In this document: positions 36,201 to 47,653 of the stretch, piece by piece | Position numbering within the stretch: position 1 is the stretch's first letter | Layout: each line of letters opens with the position of its first letter | DNA from: Vitrella brassicaformis CCMP3155 | Taxonomy: Eukaryota; Protista; Chromerida | DNA length: 64,000 nt | Assembly (NCBI GenBank): GCA_001179505.1 | Contig: CDMY01000447.1 | Location: 310,001 to 374,000 of the forward strand | Reading direction: 5' to 3' | Notes under the pieces: generated by a model | The model's input: only the letters and a program-made list of their open reading frames with translations | Databases searched by the model: none | Told to the model about the DNA's origin: nothing | Program-made: the position numbers and the translations under genes

Positions 36201-38706
36201 CTACAGCGGCGCCAATCCCCCACCACTGGGAGTTCTCGCCGGGCTCAAGCACAAAGCCAGGATGGTCAAGAACAGGAACAACCACACCACAGCCGCAGCA
36301 GCGCCCAAGTCACCTCCGCTGCCCCCCTTCAAGCCCGTCTTCATTCACGGCCCTTCCCCTCCCCCCGACAGCCCGATTGACATCGACGGCCCATCAGCCC
36401 GCGAAGGCGTCGCTCTCGCACCCCCACCAGCACGCCCGCTCCTCGCGGCGAAGCACGACCAAGACCAGAAGGAGGACAAGGACAAAGACATCGATGCCAG
36501 CGGTGAGGGCGGGCGAGTGCGGCGTCCGCTGTTCGGCGGCAAGAAGCCGATGAACGGTCTGAAGCTGTCAGGGACCAAGGTCAACGCGGACGCCGTGTAC
36601 TGCTTGTACAACGTGACGATGGATGCGGAGGAGGACGGGCAGGGCGTGGTGGCCAAGATGAAGGCATACGCACAGGGCAAATTGCCCACGGCTTTGGGAA
36701 AAGGGTGGGAGGGAGGCGGCACACCGAGGGACATGGACGCGACTGAGGAGAAGAAACAGGCCGCCCACCACCACCAGCAGCAGCAGCAGCAGCAGAAGCG
36801 TCCACATGTCGACACGCCACGTGTCCCCCCGGCTGCCCCGCCCCCTCCCGCCAAGAAGCCCTGCCCTGCCGACTTTAGCGCCTTCATCTATCGCACCCAT
36901 GACGGCCACAACCTCCACCAGCAGCACCAGCAGCACCAGCCGTCTCGCTTCGGGCCGGCCAGGCAGCAGCAGCAGCAGCAGCACGAGGGCACGGTGTCAC
37001 CTGACCATCCCATGCATCAGCATGACGACGATGCATGCGAGCCGATGCCCCAGGAGTGTGATGATGGCTGCCAGGTGGAGGACGAGGAGGCCATGATGAT
37101 GCGAGAGGAGGCGGAGGACGAGGCCATGGAGATGGAGCATGCAGCCGAGATGATGGAGGAGGATGCCGACATGATGAGGCAGCAGGCCATGATGGTCACA
37201 GAGGGGATCATGAGAGACGGAGCCATCGACGAGGAGGCCGTGGTGATGCAGTACAATCGGCCGCTAGCAGCCAGCGAGCGCGTGGAGGTTCTGGGCAGCT
37301 GTCTTGTGGTAGTGAACGACCTGCGGGATCGGCCATTCGGCGACGACGACCCGCCTGAATGGCGGCAAATCAACTACCGACCCACAAAAGTCGTGGAGAC
37401 TCTCAAGGTGTACCCAAGCAGCTTGTACCCAAGTCCACCCCCCCGCAGGGCCCGGCCCGAGGAGAGCCCCTCATCACGCCCTGACGGCCTGCCATGCTCC
37501 CCGGCCAAACTCGTCTCCCATTACACCGGCAAGGCACTGGCCGCCCTTCAGGCCAAGGACATCGCCCCCCGCGCCCGCCCCCACAACCTCTTCCAGCAGG
37601 CACTGAGGGAACGCCGCGCAGAGGAGCTGGGCGAACAGCAAGACACTGACACCTTCGCCGTGCCCCACAGCGACCGTATCGACCTTCTCGACAGCTTCGG
37701 CTACCGCCCCCCCATCGGAGGCAGTCGGAGCGGGCGCGGTCTGTTCGCTGGCGCACTTGTGGCGCGCAGGCGTGAGGTAGAGGAGGAGAGCATGAGTGGG
37801 GACCGGCTGTGGTACGGCCCGGCGGAGAACATGCGCCAGGGGGACAGGCAGCTGGAGAGGGCCGCCCAGCTCGACATGGCATCCGGTGTAGAGGGTGAGA
37901 CGCCTGACGATGCCACCGCAGCCACGCCACACTATGATGGGCATCAGCAGCAGCAGATGATGATGGAGGGCGGCGAAGAGCCCATGGCAGAAGAGGCGGG
38001 TCAGGAGGAGGCCGGCGGAGGACAGGACATCGCAGTGGACGGGCAGGAGCAGCCACGGCTGGCAGCGGCGGACCGTCCAGGTGGCGAGTCGGAGGCCGTG
38101 CTTGACATCGACGTGTCGATAGACCATGACAAGGGGGTGGATGCCAATGGCGGTGGTGCTGATGGTGCTGTGCTGGAGGAGTACGATGCCGTCCGCTGCC
38201 ACAGCGGCCAGCGCAACGGCACTGACGACACCCACCCTCTACAGCCCGCCCCTCCCGTAGCAGATGAAGGCAAGAAGGACGATCGGCCTGCATCCGGCCC
38301 TCCCATTGACGACAACAACCCCCCTGCAGCAGCACCAGCAGCAGCATCAGCAGCAGCCACCTCTGCAGCCCCCAAGGAGGCCCGTGCAGCCAAGGACAAG
38401 AAGGCCCCACCACCAGCAGCATCGGCCAAGGTCGAGAAAGAGCAGCCGGTTATTGGTGGCGGTGGCGAGAGGGGTGGCGGCACGAAGGGCGCTGCGAGGG
38501 AGGGGCGTGGGCGTAAGGAGAGGGTGGTGGACAAGCAGGCCGATCATCAAGACGATGAACAAGGTCAGGTCACTCAGGCGGCCAAGTGGCCCCACGTGCG
38601 CTCATTGTAATAATGTTGGTGCATGTGTGTGTCAGGTATGGTTGTGTCGTCTGCGGCATTCCTGGACAAGCTGCAGTCGTTTGTGTACAAGGCCAAGGCC
38701 AAGTGA
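33268..38706 (+). CDS. EXO1: Exonuclease 1 (XPG/Rad2 family) with long disordered C-terminus
   Basis: MGIQGLLKAL, VVVFDGGSLPAK, FIVAPYEADAQMTFL, ISEDSDLLVYGC, CIMAGCDYLCSVDKVGIKTA (H3TH), TFAHQTVYDP. The last exon ends FLDKLQSFVYKAKAK*. Confidence 0.95.
34770..35069. other. Assembly gap (300 N) inside an EXO1 intron
   Basis: Exons on either side join in phase (...RYSH-D-LFQQVCIM...), so no coding sequence appears to be missing. The gap follows a (CCCT)n tract. Confidence 0.85.
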
Positions 38707-39419
38707 CGCGCTGCCTTGGTTGCTCCAAACGAACGTAGACAGCTAGTACTGACATGACTGACATGCACTTTGCGGCGACGTCTACTGTGCATGAGACCAT
38801 TCGTTGCGGCCAGCGAGTGAGAGAGAGAGAGAGAGAGAGAGAATGGGGGGACCAACTGTGTGTTTAGAAACAGACGATCGCTGCCTGCCTGCCTGCCTGC
38901 CTGGCCTGACCCGCCCTCTTCTCTGTTGTCCATACCTCTGTCCATATTATTATCTGTCTGTACGCAGACATCCGTGTGTGTGTGTGTGCTTTGATGGGTG
39001 GATGCATGGATGGATGGATTGACGCGTCGCTGTGTTTTGTGTGCCATTGCGGGTCCGGCGCGAGATGCCTTCTAAGCTGCAGGCGATGCAGGCGATAGAA
39101 GGCTGCAGCTTAGAATGCCGCTCATGCAGGACCGACTGCGGGGCACAAGACACGGCACGTGGCGGTAGAGCCGATGGATGGATGGATGGACGGAGTCGCG
39201 TGACTGAGGCAATGAGACGCCTGTGCCCGCTATGATGAATGAATGAGCGGATGAATGAGTTAAATCGACCAAAACAAAATCGTCTGGATGGCGTGGCGTA
39301 GACCGTATACACAGCACGTCAGTCAGTCAACCGGCAGGGCAGCACCTCTGCCTGCCTCTACCTACGTTGCCCATTCTTGTCAGTCAGGCGGTTGTTCAGT
39401 CAGTCAGTCAGTCAGTCAG

Positions 39420-40119
39420 TCAGAAGACTGTGGTTTTCTTGGCAGCTGCGGCGTCTTTGCCCTCCTCCATCATTTGGTCCTGGGCCGCCACCACCCGCAG
39501 CACCGTCTTCTTGCTGCTCTCCTGCAGCTCACCAGATATCAACAACTCGTCCAGTATGTAATACGCCTGTTTGCAAAGACACCACACCAACACACATCCT
39601 GTGTGTGTAATACTGCCAATGGCCTGCCCTGCCCTGCTGTGGGCGTGTGTAGCGTGCCTTGCCTTGTGGAAGTTGAATATGAGGTCGAGTTCGCAGACGT
39701 TGCCGAAGTACCTGTCGAGTATCTCGACAAAGTGGTGGATCACCTCCAGTGTGATCAGCTCGTTGTCGTCCTTGTCGACGCACGCCACAAAGTACAAACT
39801 CGCATACCTACACACAGATAGACACTCACACAGTCAGACAGACAGACAGACGGACAGAAAGCCGCTGTGTGTCAATATAATGTGCTGGGCGTCTCCTGGA
39901 ATGAGTGGAACGCTCAGCTGGCCTGCGCACGCACCGTTTGAAGACGAGTTTGTAGTCCCTCCACTCGAGGAAGTTGCATAGCTTGGGCGGCCTGTTGAGC
40001 ACCAGCTGCGCTATCTCCCGGATGGTCTTCTGCCGCTCCTTCTGCGGCTGAGGAACAAACCACTTGGCCAGACGCGTCTTGCCCTGCCGAGATATCAGCA
40101 GAATGAACTGAATCGTCAT
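39420..40119 (-). CDS. AP1S: AP-1 adaptor complex subunit sigma
   Basis: Three exons: [21 protein letters not shown]...[19 protein letters not shown]...[58 protein letters not shown]. Confidence 0.95.
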
Positions 40120-40437
40120 CTCTCTCCACGGCCGCGCTGCGCTGCGCTGCGATGCTGATCTTCAACTGATCTTCAACTCAATGTCATGCGGATCAGATCT
40201 ATCTGACCACAAAGGCAGCAGTGTGGCACACAAGGTGTCGGATCTGCTGCATCTGGCTGAGGGCGATCTTCACGCGAGCTTTTTGCAAGCTTGAAGTTTC
40301 TGGGCGAGAAAGGCACGATGGATGGGTGCCGTGTGCTGTGCATGCTCGAGCACTGATTGAATCTGGTGTCGGATCCTTCCGCCAGGCGCGGCTTTGATCA
40401 AATAGGCTTTGATCTGCAATTGTCTGCCATACCGCCG

Positions 40438-43341
40438 ATGAACGTGCTCAGCTACCTCTGGCGCGGCAAGGACGGTGGTAAGGCGTCGCCGTCTGGCCGG
40501 GCTGCAGACGCCGCCCCTTTGCGAACAGAGTCCGCTGGCGCTGATGTCATCGCATCCGGTGAGGATGTGGCGCCCGACACCTTCCTGATCAAGTCGATAA
40601 GCGAGCCGGGATACACCGGCAAGCTGGACCGGGCGGCGCTCGACAGAGGGGAGGCAGGGGAGCCGGCCAAGGGAGATGCAGAGGTCAGGGAGGGAGGGAG
40701 GCAATGGGTTGGGCTGCTCGATGGGGTGGGTGTGACGTGTGTTGTGTTTGCTCGACAGGTTCCTTCGTCTCCCGGTGCGCCAGGGCCGTCGTCGGCGAGT
40801 GCGGCGGCCGCTGCTGCTGGTGCGGTGCCCAGCACGCCCTCCCCTGTGCGTGATGCTCATTGCCACCCTGACATAGCTGTATTGGAGCCGCAGCCTGCCC
40901 TGCCGGCATACCCTGCCGCACAGGGGGCGGCCGCTGCTGCTGCTGCTGCCGCCGCTGGACCGCCGGTACACACCCACTCACTCACTCACTCAGGCATGCA
41001 GTTAGCTCAGCGCACGGCATTGGAATGGATGTGTGTGATTGGTTGGTTTTTGTTCAGGGTGTGGGTCGGAATGGCGGCATAGACGACTTCAGCAGCATAT
41101 CGACCATCATATCTGAGTTGCAGGAGGTCGACGACTGCAGAAACCCCCTAGAGAGGCAGGTCGGTCGATATGGCGCCAGCACATTCCTGGCAGTGCACAT
41201 ACAGACAGACAGACACAGACGGATGGGGTGTGCATGTCTATGTCTGTCTGTGTGGTGTGGTATGCGTGTGTGCAGGTGCAGCAGAAGCTGGAGAAGCAGA
41301 ACAAGCGCCGGTTTCTGCAGAAGGGCATCCGCTTCAACATCCTCATCGTCGGCGAGAGCAGATCCGGCAAAACCACACTCCGCAAAAAGATGTTCGACTC
41401 GGTACGTACCCAAATGAATGACTGACTCCTGTGTGCAGTGCATCGATCCATCCATCCATTGGCAACATGTGTGTGTGTGTGTGTGTGTGTGCAGTGGCAT
41501 TTGATGGAGGAGCGCGACTCGACGTGCGGCCGCGAGTACATCTACCAGATCAGCGAGCAGCGCTCCGTCATACAAGGTAGGTGACAGAAGAGAATATGAG
41601 AGAGACAGCTGGATCAGACCAACACACACACACTTGTATGTGTGTGTGGCTGTCGTGTGGGTGTGGTGTGTGCAGTGTCAGTGGTGGAGGGTGGGTGTTG
41701 CGACTTCCTGGTCACCCACTGTCAGCTCAAGCTGGTCGAGTACATCAACAGGAAGAAACACAGACACGGCGGACCTGACGAACGGGTCAATCAGGGAGGG
41801 ATGCAATGCCCGTCGGCGGCGAGGCATACAGACAGACCCGCACCCATCTCATCTCACCTCTCTCTCTCTTTGCGTGTGTGCGTGTGTTGGTTCTGTTGCT
41901 GTTGTCGCTGTGTGTCCATCAGGTGCACGTGTGTGTGTATGTGTTGGACCCGACGCAGGACCGTATCCCCGGCCAGCAGGCCGCCCTCATGCAGAAGCTG
42001 TCCACTGTCGTCAACCTCGTACCCGTCATCGGGAAGGTCAGCGAACCGAGACCCATTGATTGACTGACACAGCGAGCGGATCGACGTATTCTCACGCTGA
42101 TACGTACGGGGGTGTGTGTGTGCGTGTGTTTAGTGCGACACTGTGGACCCTGATGTGCTGCGGCAGCGGCGCGACCGATTACAGAAGGAATTTGAAGCAT
42201 ACAAGATCAAAGTAAGCGGACACTTTGACCTCCCCTCGACATAATTCTGATCCTCCCCCTCCCTCTCCCCTCCCGTCCGCAATCACTCTGTCTGTCTACT
42301 CATCCCATCACATCAGCTGTTCGACGACTGGGCGTCTCCCCTGGTGGCGGCAGCGCTCAACACCCCCTCCCCCACCCCATCACACCCCTCCCCCGCCCCA
42401 TCGCCCACACACCCCGCACCCACCACACCACACGGGCCCCACATACCCACGGCAGCACAGCCGGCACTCACGGCACCGGTGGCACCCGTGCCCGAGGTGC
42501 CCCACCCACAGTGCTCAGCCGACGAGAGTGCGAGTGCTGCCGGCGACCAGGCGGCCGGTGGCGGTGCTGGGGCCAAGAATGGGGGAGCGGGTGGGAACGG
42601 CGAGGAGCAGAGGCCCTCCTCGGCGTCGTGGGGGCAGAGGTGAGAATGAATGAATCTCTTGGTTAGGTGTGGGCTGGTTACGTGTCATCAATGTGTGTGT
42701 TGGTGCAGGATGCGTCAGTCGATTGTGCAGAGCCCGCTGCTGGTGGACTGTCACCTGTCGACGGAGGAGCAAGACGAGAGGTACAGCACAAACGAACGAC
42801 CCACGCGATCACGGCTGGCTCGATCGGGCGTGTGACACGGAGGGGAGCTTGTTCTGTGCGGTGCGCGCACCAGGTATCAGTTGCCGCGTTTTGACAACGT
42901 GCCGCCCACGTCGCCCGACTTCCTGCGGATGCTCCTCATCGAGGCCGCCGCACTCCTGCTCATTGATCGTAAGCGCACGACGCAGAGACCACCACGAAGA
43001 GGGGTTGAGGTGTTCGGCGCCGCATTGGTGTAATGATGTGTATAGGCACCAAGTCACTATTCTACACGCCATTCTACGACGATTGGGAGGTCAGCAGCAG
43101 AGCACCACACACGCAAGGCAACACATAACACAGACAGACAGACAGACGTCCAATGTGCGTCGCAGCCGTCCTTGCAATCGTTTGTCGGCCTGTCTATCTG
43201 TCTATCTGTCTGTCTGTGTGTCTGTATTGTCAGCGTCGCAACGGTCGTCGCGCGCTGGTGGGTCAGTTGCGGCAGATGGGCCTGGTGTCGGCCGTGGCCG
43301 TGGGGGTCGGCGCACTGCTGCTAAGAGTCTCATCCAGGTAG
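40438..43341 (+). CDS. Divergent septin-family GTPase with C-terminal hydrophobic anchor
   Basis: KGIRFNILIVGESRSGKTT (G1), DERVHVCVYVL, LSTVVNLVPVIGKCD (G4), SPDFLRMLLI, TKSLFYTPFYDDW. Tail MGLVSAVAVGVGALLLRVSSR*. The introns I checked from the P-loop exon to the stop all join in phase. Confidence 0.85.
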
Positions 43342-44736
43342 ACAGACAGGGAGGTAGGGAGGTAGCTGGCGAGATAGTGAATTCATGCGTTCGTTCGTTC
43401 GTTGGTTGGTTGGTTCATTCGTTGACGCACTCATGCCATGCCCTTTTGAGGAGGACAGAAAGGACTGACTGACCGGAGGAGAAGTAATCTGAGCACTTTT
43501 TGCGCCGGTCCATGTCTGTGTTTGTGCGTGTGTGGTCCACATTTTTTCCCTGTGTGTTTTTGTCAGCCAAAGGAGGGGACAGGGATTGTCGTCTCGTGTC
43601 GCGCTGTGTACCATACCCAGCCAGATACACACGCACATCGGGGGGCCGAACCCCCCGAATGCCATCCATTGATATCCATCCATGGGGGCAGTGCAGTGAG
43701 GCGTTGCTTAGCTGTCGTTTCTCTGTCGTGTTGGATGTCAGCCGCGTACGGGAGTGCTGGTCTGTCTGTCTGCCTGTCTGTCTGTCTGTGCGTCTGTCGG
43801 GCTGTCTGTCCGTCGGAGGGATCGGTCACTGGAGTGTGGTGTGGCCACGTGGCGTGGCGTGGCGTGGCGTGGCGTGTCGGTCAAGTCAGGACAGATCAGG
43901 TGAGGTGAGCTTAGCGCGAAAGCGTGTGACGTTTTTTGTTTGTAGACGTAGGCCGGCTGTCGATCGACTGTATGTATGTGTGTGTCAGTACACGGCATGT
44001 CTCTGCATCTGTGTAGAATAAGTCACCCCCCGCCTGGCCTGCACTCTCTCTCCATCACGCAGTCTGCTACCTGTCTGTCCGTCTGACTGACCATTGGACA
44101 CTCATCTCTCCCCACCTACACTCAGCACGCTGGGATGCATGGCGTGTGGCCATCGATGGATGGATGTCTGCTTGCAGTGAGTGCACTGACTGGGTTGAGA
44201 CTGACTGCAGTTAGCTAATCCGCCCATCGACACACCACACCACACAATACAGACAGACGTACACACAACAAAAGATGACGTGCATCAAATCACTCACTCG
44301 TGAGACACGAGGTCAAATGTCCACTCACGCAGCCCCAGTCACGCAGCTGATTTCTGTCGTCATACGTGTGTGTGTCGACGATGCGGTGTAGTGCAGCGGG
44401 CGTGTGGGTGTGTTTATGTGATCGTGTATCTGCCTGTGGTGGTTCATTCCATCCGCCAGACACGATCTTCATTCACACGTCACGCCATGCATCACCAGAC
44501 AGACATGTCGAGGAAAGGCACACATCGCAAAGACAGACACCACGCCAGCAGACGGGCAGAGGGGAGTAGCTACGCTCCTGCGTTAAAACGACGATTGATA
44601 CTCTACGCCGTCGGCTGAGACCCCCAAGCACCCTGTGCCGCAGGTGCTGCCCCAGCAGTCTCCTCACGACGGTGCACGTCTGGTCGTGGGGAGCCGACTC
44701 GGTCGTGTAGATGTCAACGCGTCCGAGCCCCCTATC

Positions 44737-44821
44737 CTATCTTCCAGCCGAGTGAATGCCATGTCCCCTTCTTCCTTGAGGACGCCTCCTCTCTTTGCTG
44801 TGTGAAGGCAATCTGCACACA

Positions 44822-44854
<33 letters not shown>

Positions 44855-45073
44855 GGAGAAAGGGGAGGGGCTGGTGTGGTGCCGTGTCGCTGCTGGATCC
44901 TCTTCTCTCGCTCCTCGTGGTTGGATGGACCTATCGAAGTGGTACTTGCAGTAGAGCAGCGACGCGATGACCATGACCGCGCAGAAGACGATGAGCACAA
45001 CGATGCCGACGGCCGCGTTGCCGCCAAAGAGGTCCCTCAGGAAGACGAAAAAGCCCGGTGTTTTCGTCGACAT
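44737..45073 (-). CDS. Small (~75 aa) single-pass membrane protein
   Basis: MSTKTPGFFVFLRDLFGGNAAVGIVVLIVFCAVMVIASLLYCKYHFDR, one GT-AG intron (44813-44930), basic tail. Head-to-head with the VSR-like gene. Confidence 0.6.
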
Positions 45074-45235
45074 GGCATGTAGCCCTCCTCCGTCCATGTA
45101 CGCGGTGTAAATTCGGAGCTAACGGCCATCAGCCTGCAAACGTCCGGCGAAGTGACTGAGAACCTGTCAGACGCAAGGATCGCACGCACATCGCAGCCGC
45201 ACAGGGGGCCCCTTGTCAAATCAGAATCACACAGG

Positions 45236-47653
45236 ATGGTCCTCAGGAAGCCGCTGGCGATTTTTGTCTGCCTTGCGTACGTCGCCAGCACATTGGCTCA
45301 AATCAGGATCCTCCATCCAAAGAGCCTCTCCAGAAGTTCCACAGGGCCAAGATCGACGGCTCGACTGCCGCCTTTGGCACACCGGTACAGACACACACCA
45401 AACAACACAGACACATACAGAGGCAAGGCGCCGCGGGAGGGAAGGCCTAAGGGACGGCTGGGGTGAGTATGATGGCTGCTGGTCGTGTGTGTGTGGCAGT
45501 ATCATGGCCAGCGGATAACTGGCCGCTTGGTGTACGGCGAGACCAAGGGCGACTATTGGTGCCGCGAGGACGACTATGACATCCCGTTGCCCCTCGGCGA
45601 GAGGGAAAGAACGCTGCCCAACATCGTCGTCGTCAGGAGAGGTACAAATCACACACAATATGGCACCCCAACCGCAGCCACAAGCAGACAGGCGGGGAAC
45701 AGCGACAGAGAGAAGAAGGGCAGACAGCGTCACAGTCATTCTAACCGTTTGTTCGTTCCTTCATCAAGGGAATTGCAACTTCGTGACGAAGGTTCGCATC
45801 GCTCAGGAGAAGAAGGAGGCCATGGCGGTGATAGTGGTGGACACCTTGGGGTCCAGCAGGACACCGTCAGAGATCCAGCGAGTCATCATGGGTGATGACG
45901 GCTGGGGCTTCAAAGTCAAGGTGCCGTCCATCTTTGTCAGTGACAAGGAGGGGTCCCTGCTGATCGAGGAGCTCCGGAAGAACACCACTGACGTCATCGT
46001 CGAGCTGGCCTGGGACGTGCCAAAGGTGGGTCAGACCCACATCAAGGACGTCTTGACGGAGACCAGGCGAGCGGATTGGCTTCTCGTCTGTGTCTTCCTT
46101 CTGTGGGTGCTGCGCTGCAGGAGACGACGGTGTCGATGGACTTCTGGATCGACCTATCGGTGGGGAAAAGCATCAACTTTCTCCAGGAGTACTCCCACTA
46201 CGCCAAGACGCTCAAGCACAAGGTCAGGACAAAGGCGACTCCTTCTCCCCTTCCCCGTCTCATTCTCCATCCTCTCCTCTCCTGCCTGTGTGGTGTGTAT
46301 GGTGTTCTGTGGTTGCTGCTCACCTTACCTACCTTGCAGCTTGATTTCCGCCCGCACTACTGGATCTTCAGCCTCCCGGTCGACCTCAATGACTTGTGCA
46401 TAGACGACGATGCCACCTACTGCGCCGTGGACCCCGACATGGCGGGCTCGACCACCGGCCGGGACGTGGTTGAGGAGACCGCCCGGTGAGTGAGCAGAGG
46501 GGGATGGATGGATGGATGGATGCGTGGGCACGGTACACTTACGACTGACTGGTGGTGGTGTGTGTGTGCAGTCAATTGTGTCTGTGGCGGGAAACTGCGA
46601 TTGTTGACCACAATGTGGAGCAGAGCGGCGACTACTCGGCGATCTGGTGGAACTACGTCGACTTGCTACCCAACGTGTATGACACCACACGCACAACACG
46701 GGCATCGAGGGAGGGAGGGAGGGAGGGAGGAGCTGAGGGCAGGGAATACTGTCAATCGTGTGTGCGGTGCGCAGGTGCCCGATGGACGGCAAGGGCAACA
46801 AGGCCTTCGGCCAGGAGTGCTCCTTCGGCCTCATGAAGAATCTTGGCGCAGACATGACCAAAATCAACAAATGCCTCACCGTACGTCAGATCCTCGCGAG
46901 GACACATCACACAACACGCACCCAACTGCCTACCTCTTCTTGGTTGTGCAGAAGGACAAGGAGGCGATATTGAGCAGGGAGCGCCTCAACCACGCGTGGA
47001 GCCCCCTGGCGATGCGCATCAACGACTGGAAGTACAGTGGTCCCCTCGACCCGGAGGTCATCACACAAGCCGTCTGCTCAGGGTTCGAGGAACGACCACA
47101 GGTACACACGTCCACGCATCAAGCAATGAGACGAGACACCAGCCAGCGCACCAACTGCCGCCCTCTCCCTGCGTGTGTACGTGTCGATATCTGTCAGGAG
47201 TGCGACACGTTGCTCCATCCGACCAAGATCGGCTTCGAGGAGAAGGTGGACAAAGTTGAGGAGGAGCAGGGCGTCCCCTGGTGGATCTTCGTCGTCTCCA
47301 TCATCGGCGCTTCCATCGTCGTCGTGTCACTCTTCTTCATCTACAGGTACACACCTGCCTCCTCAAATAAACTGTCCGCGGCTCGACCGTCCGTCACCTT
47401 TGTCGTCTGGGGTAGGGTTTGGATTGCGCGTCACTTGCGGAAGGCTCTGCGCTGCGAGCTCATGGCGGAGATGAAGCAGCAGATGTCGACCGATGACGAC
47501 CCCGCCAACGCCGCCCCCCAGACCGACCCCAAATGTCCATCGGCAGGACACTATCAACCAACTGCACCAAATGAAGAGAGAGAGGGAGATGAGATGAATC
47601 CCCATCCTCATGTGATTGTCGGCAGTGGAGCCTTCCATGAAGCTGCGAACTGA
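45236..47653 (+). CDS. Vacuolar sorting receptor (BP-80/VSR)-like protein: signal peptide, PA domain, TM; apparent 1-nt frameshift in exon 1
   Basis: GSTAAFGTPYHG, VVVRRGNCNFVTKVRIAQ, IMGDDG...KVPSIFV, FRPHYWI, TGRDVVEETARQLCLW, MRINDWKYSGPLD, VCSGFEERP, TM WWIFVVSIIGASIVVVSLFFIY. The leader frame and the PA-domain frame differ by one base near 45321-45334. Confidence 0.88.

Noticed and set aside
5690-38010. Numerous (CAG)n poly-Gln/poly-Ala tracts in coding exons
   Set aside because: Ordinary low-complexity feature of this genome type, with no special organisation seen.
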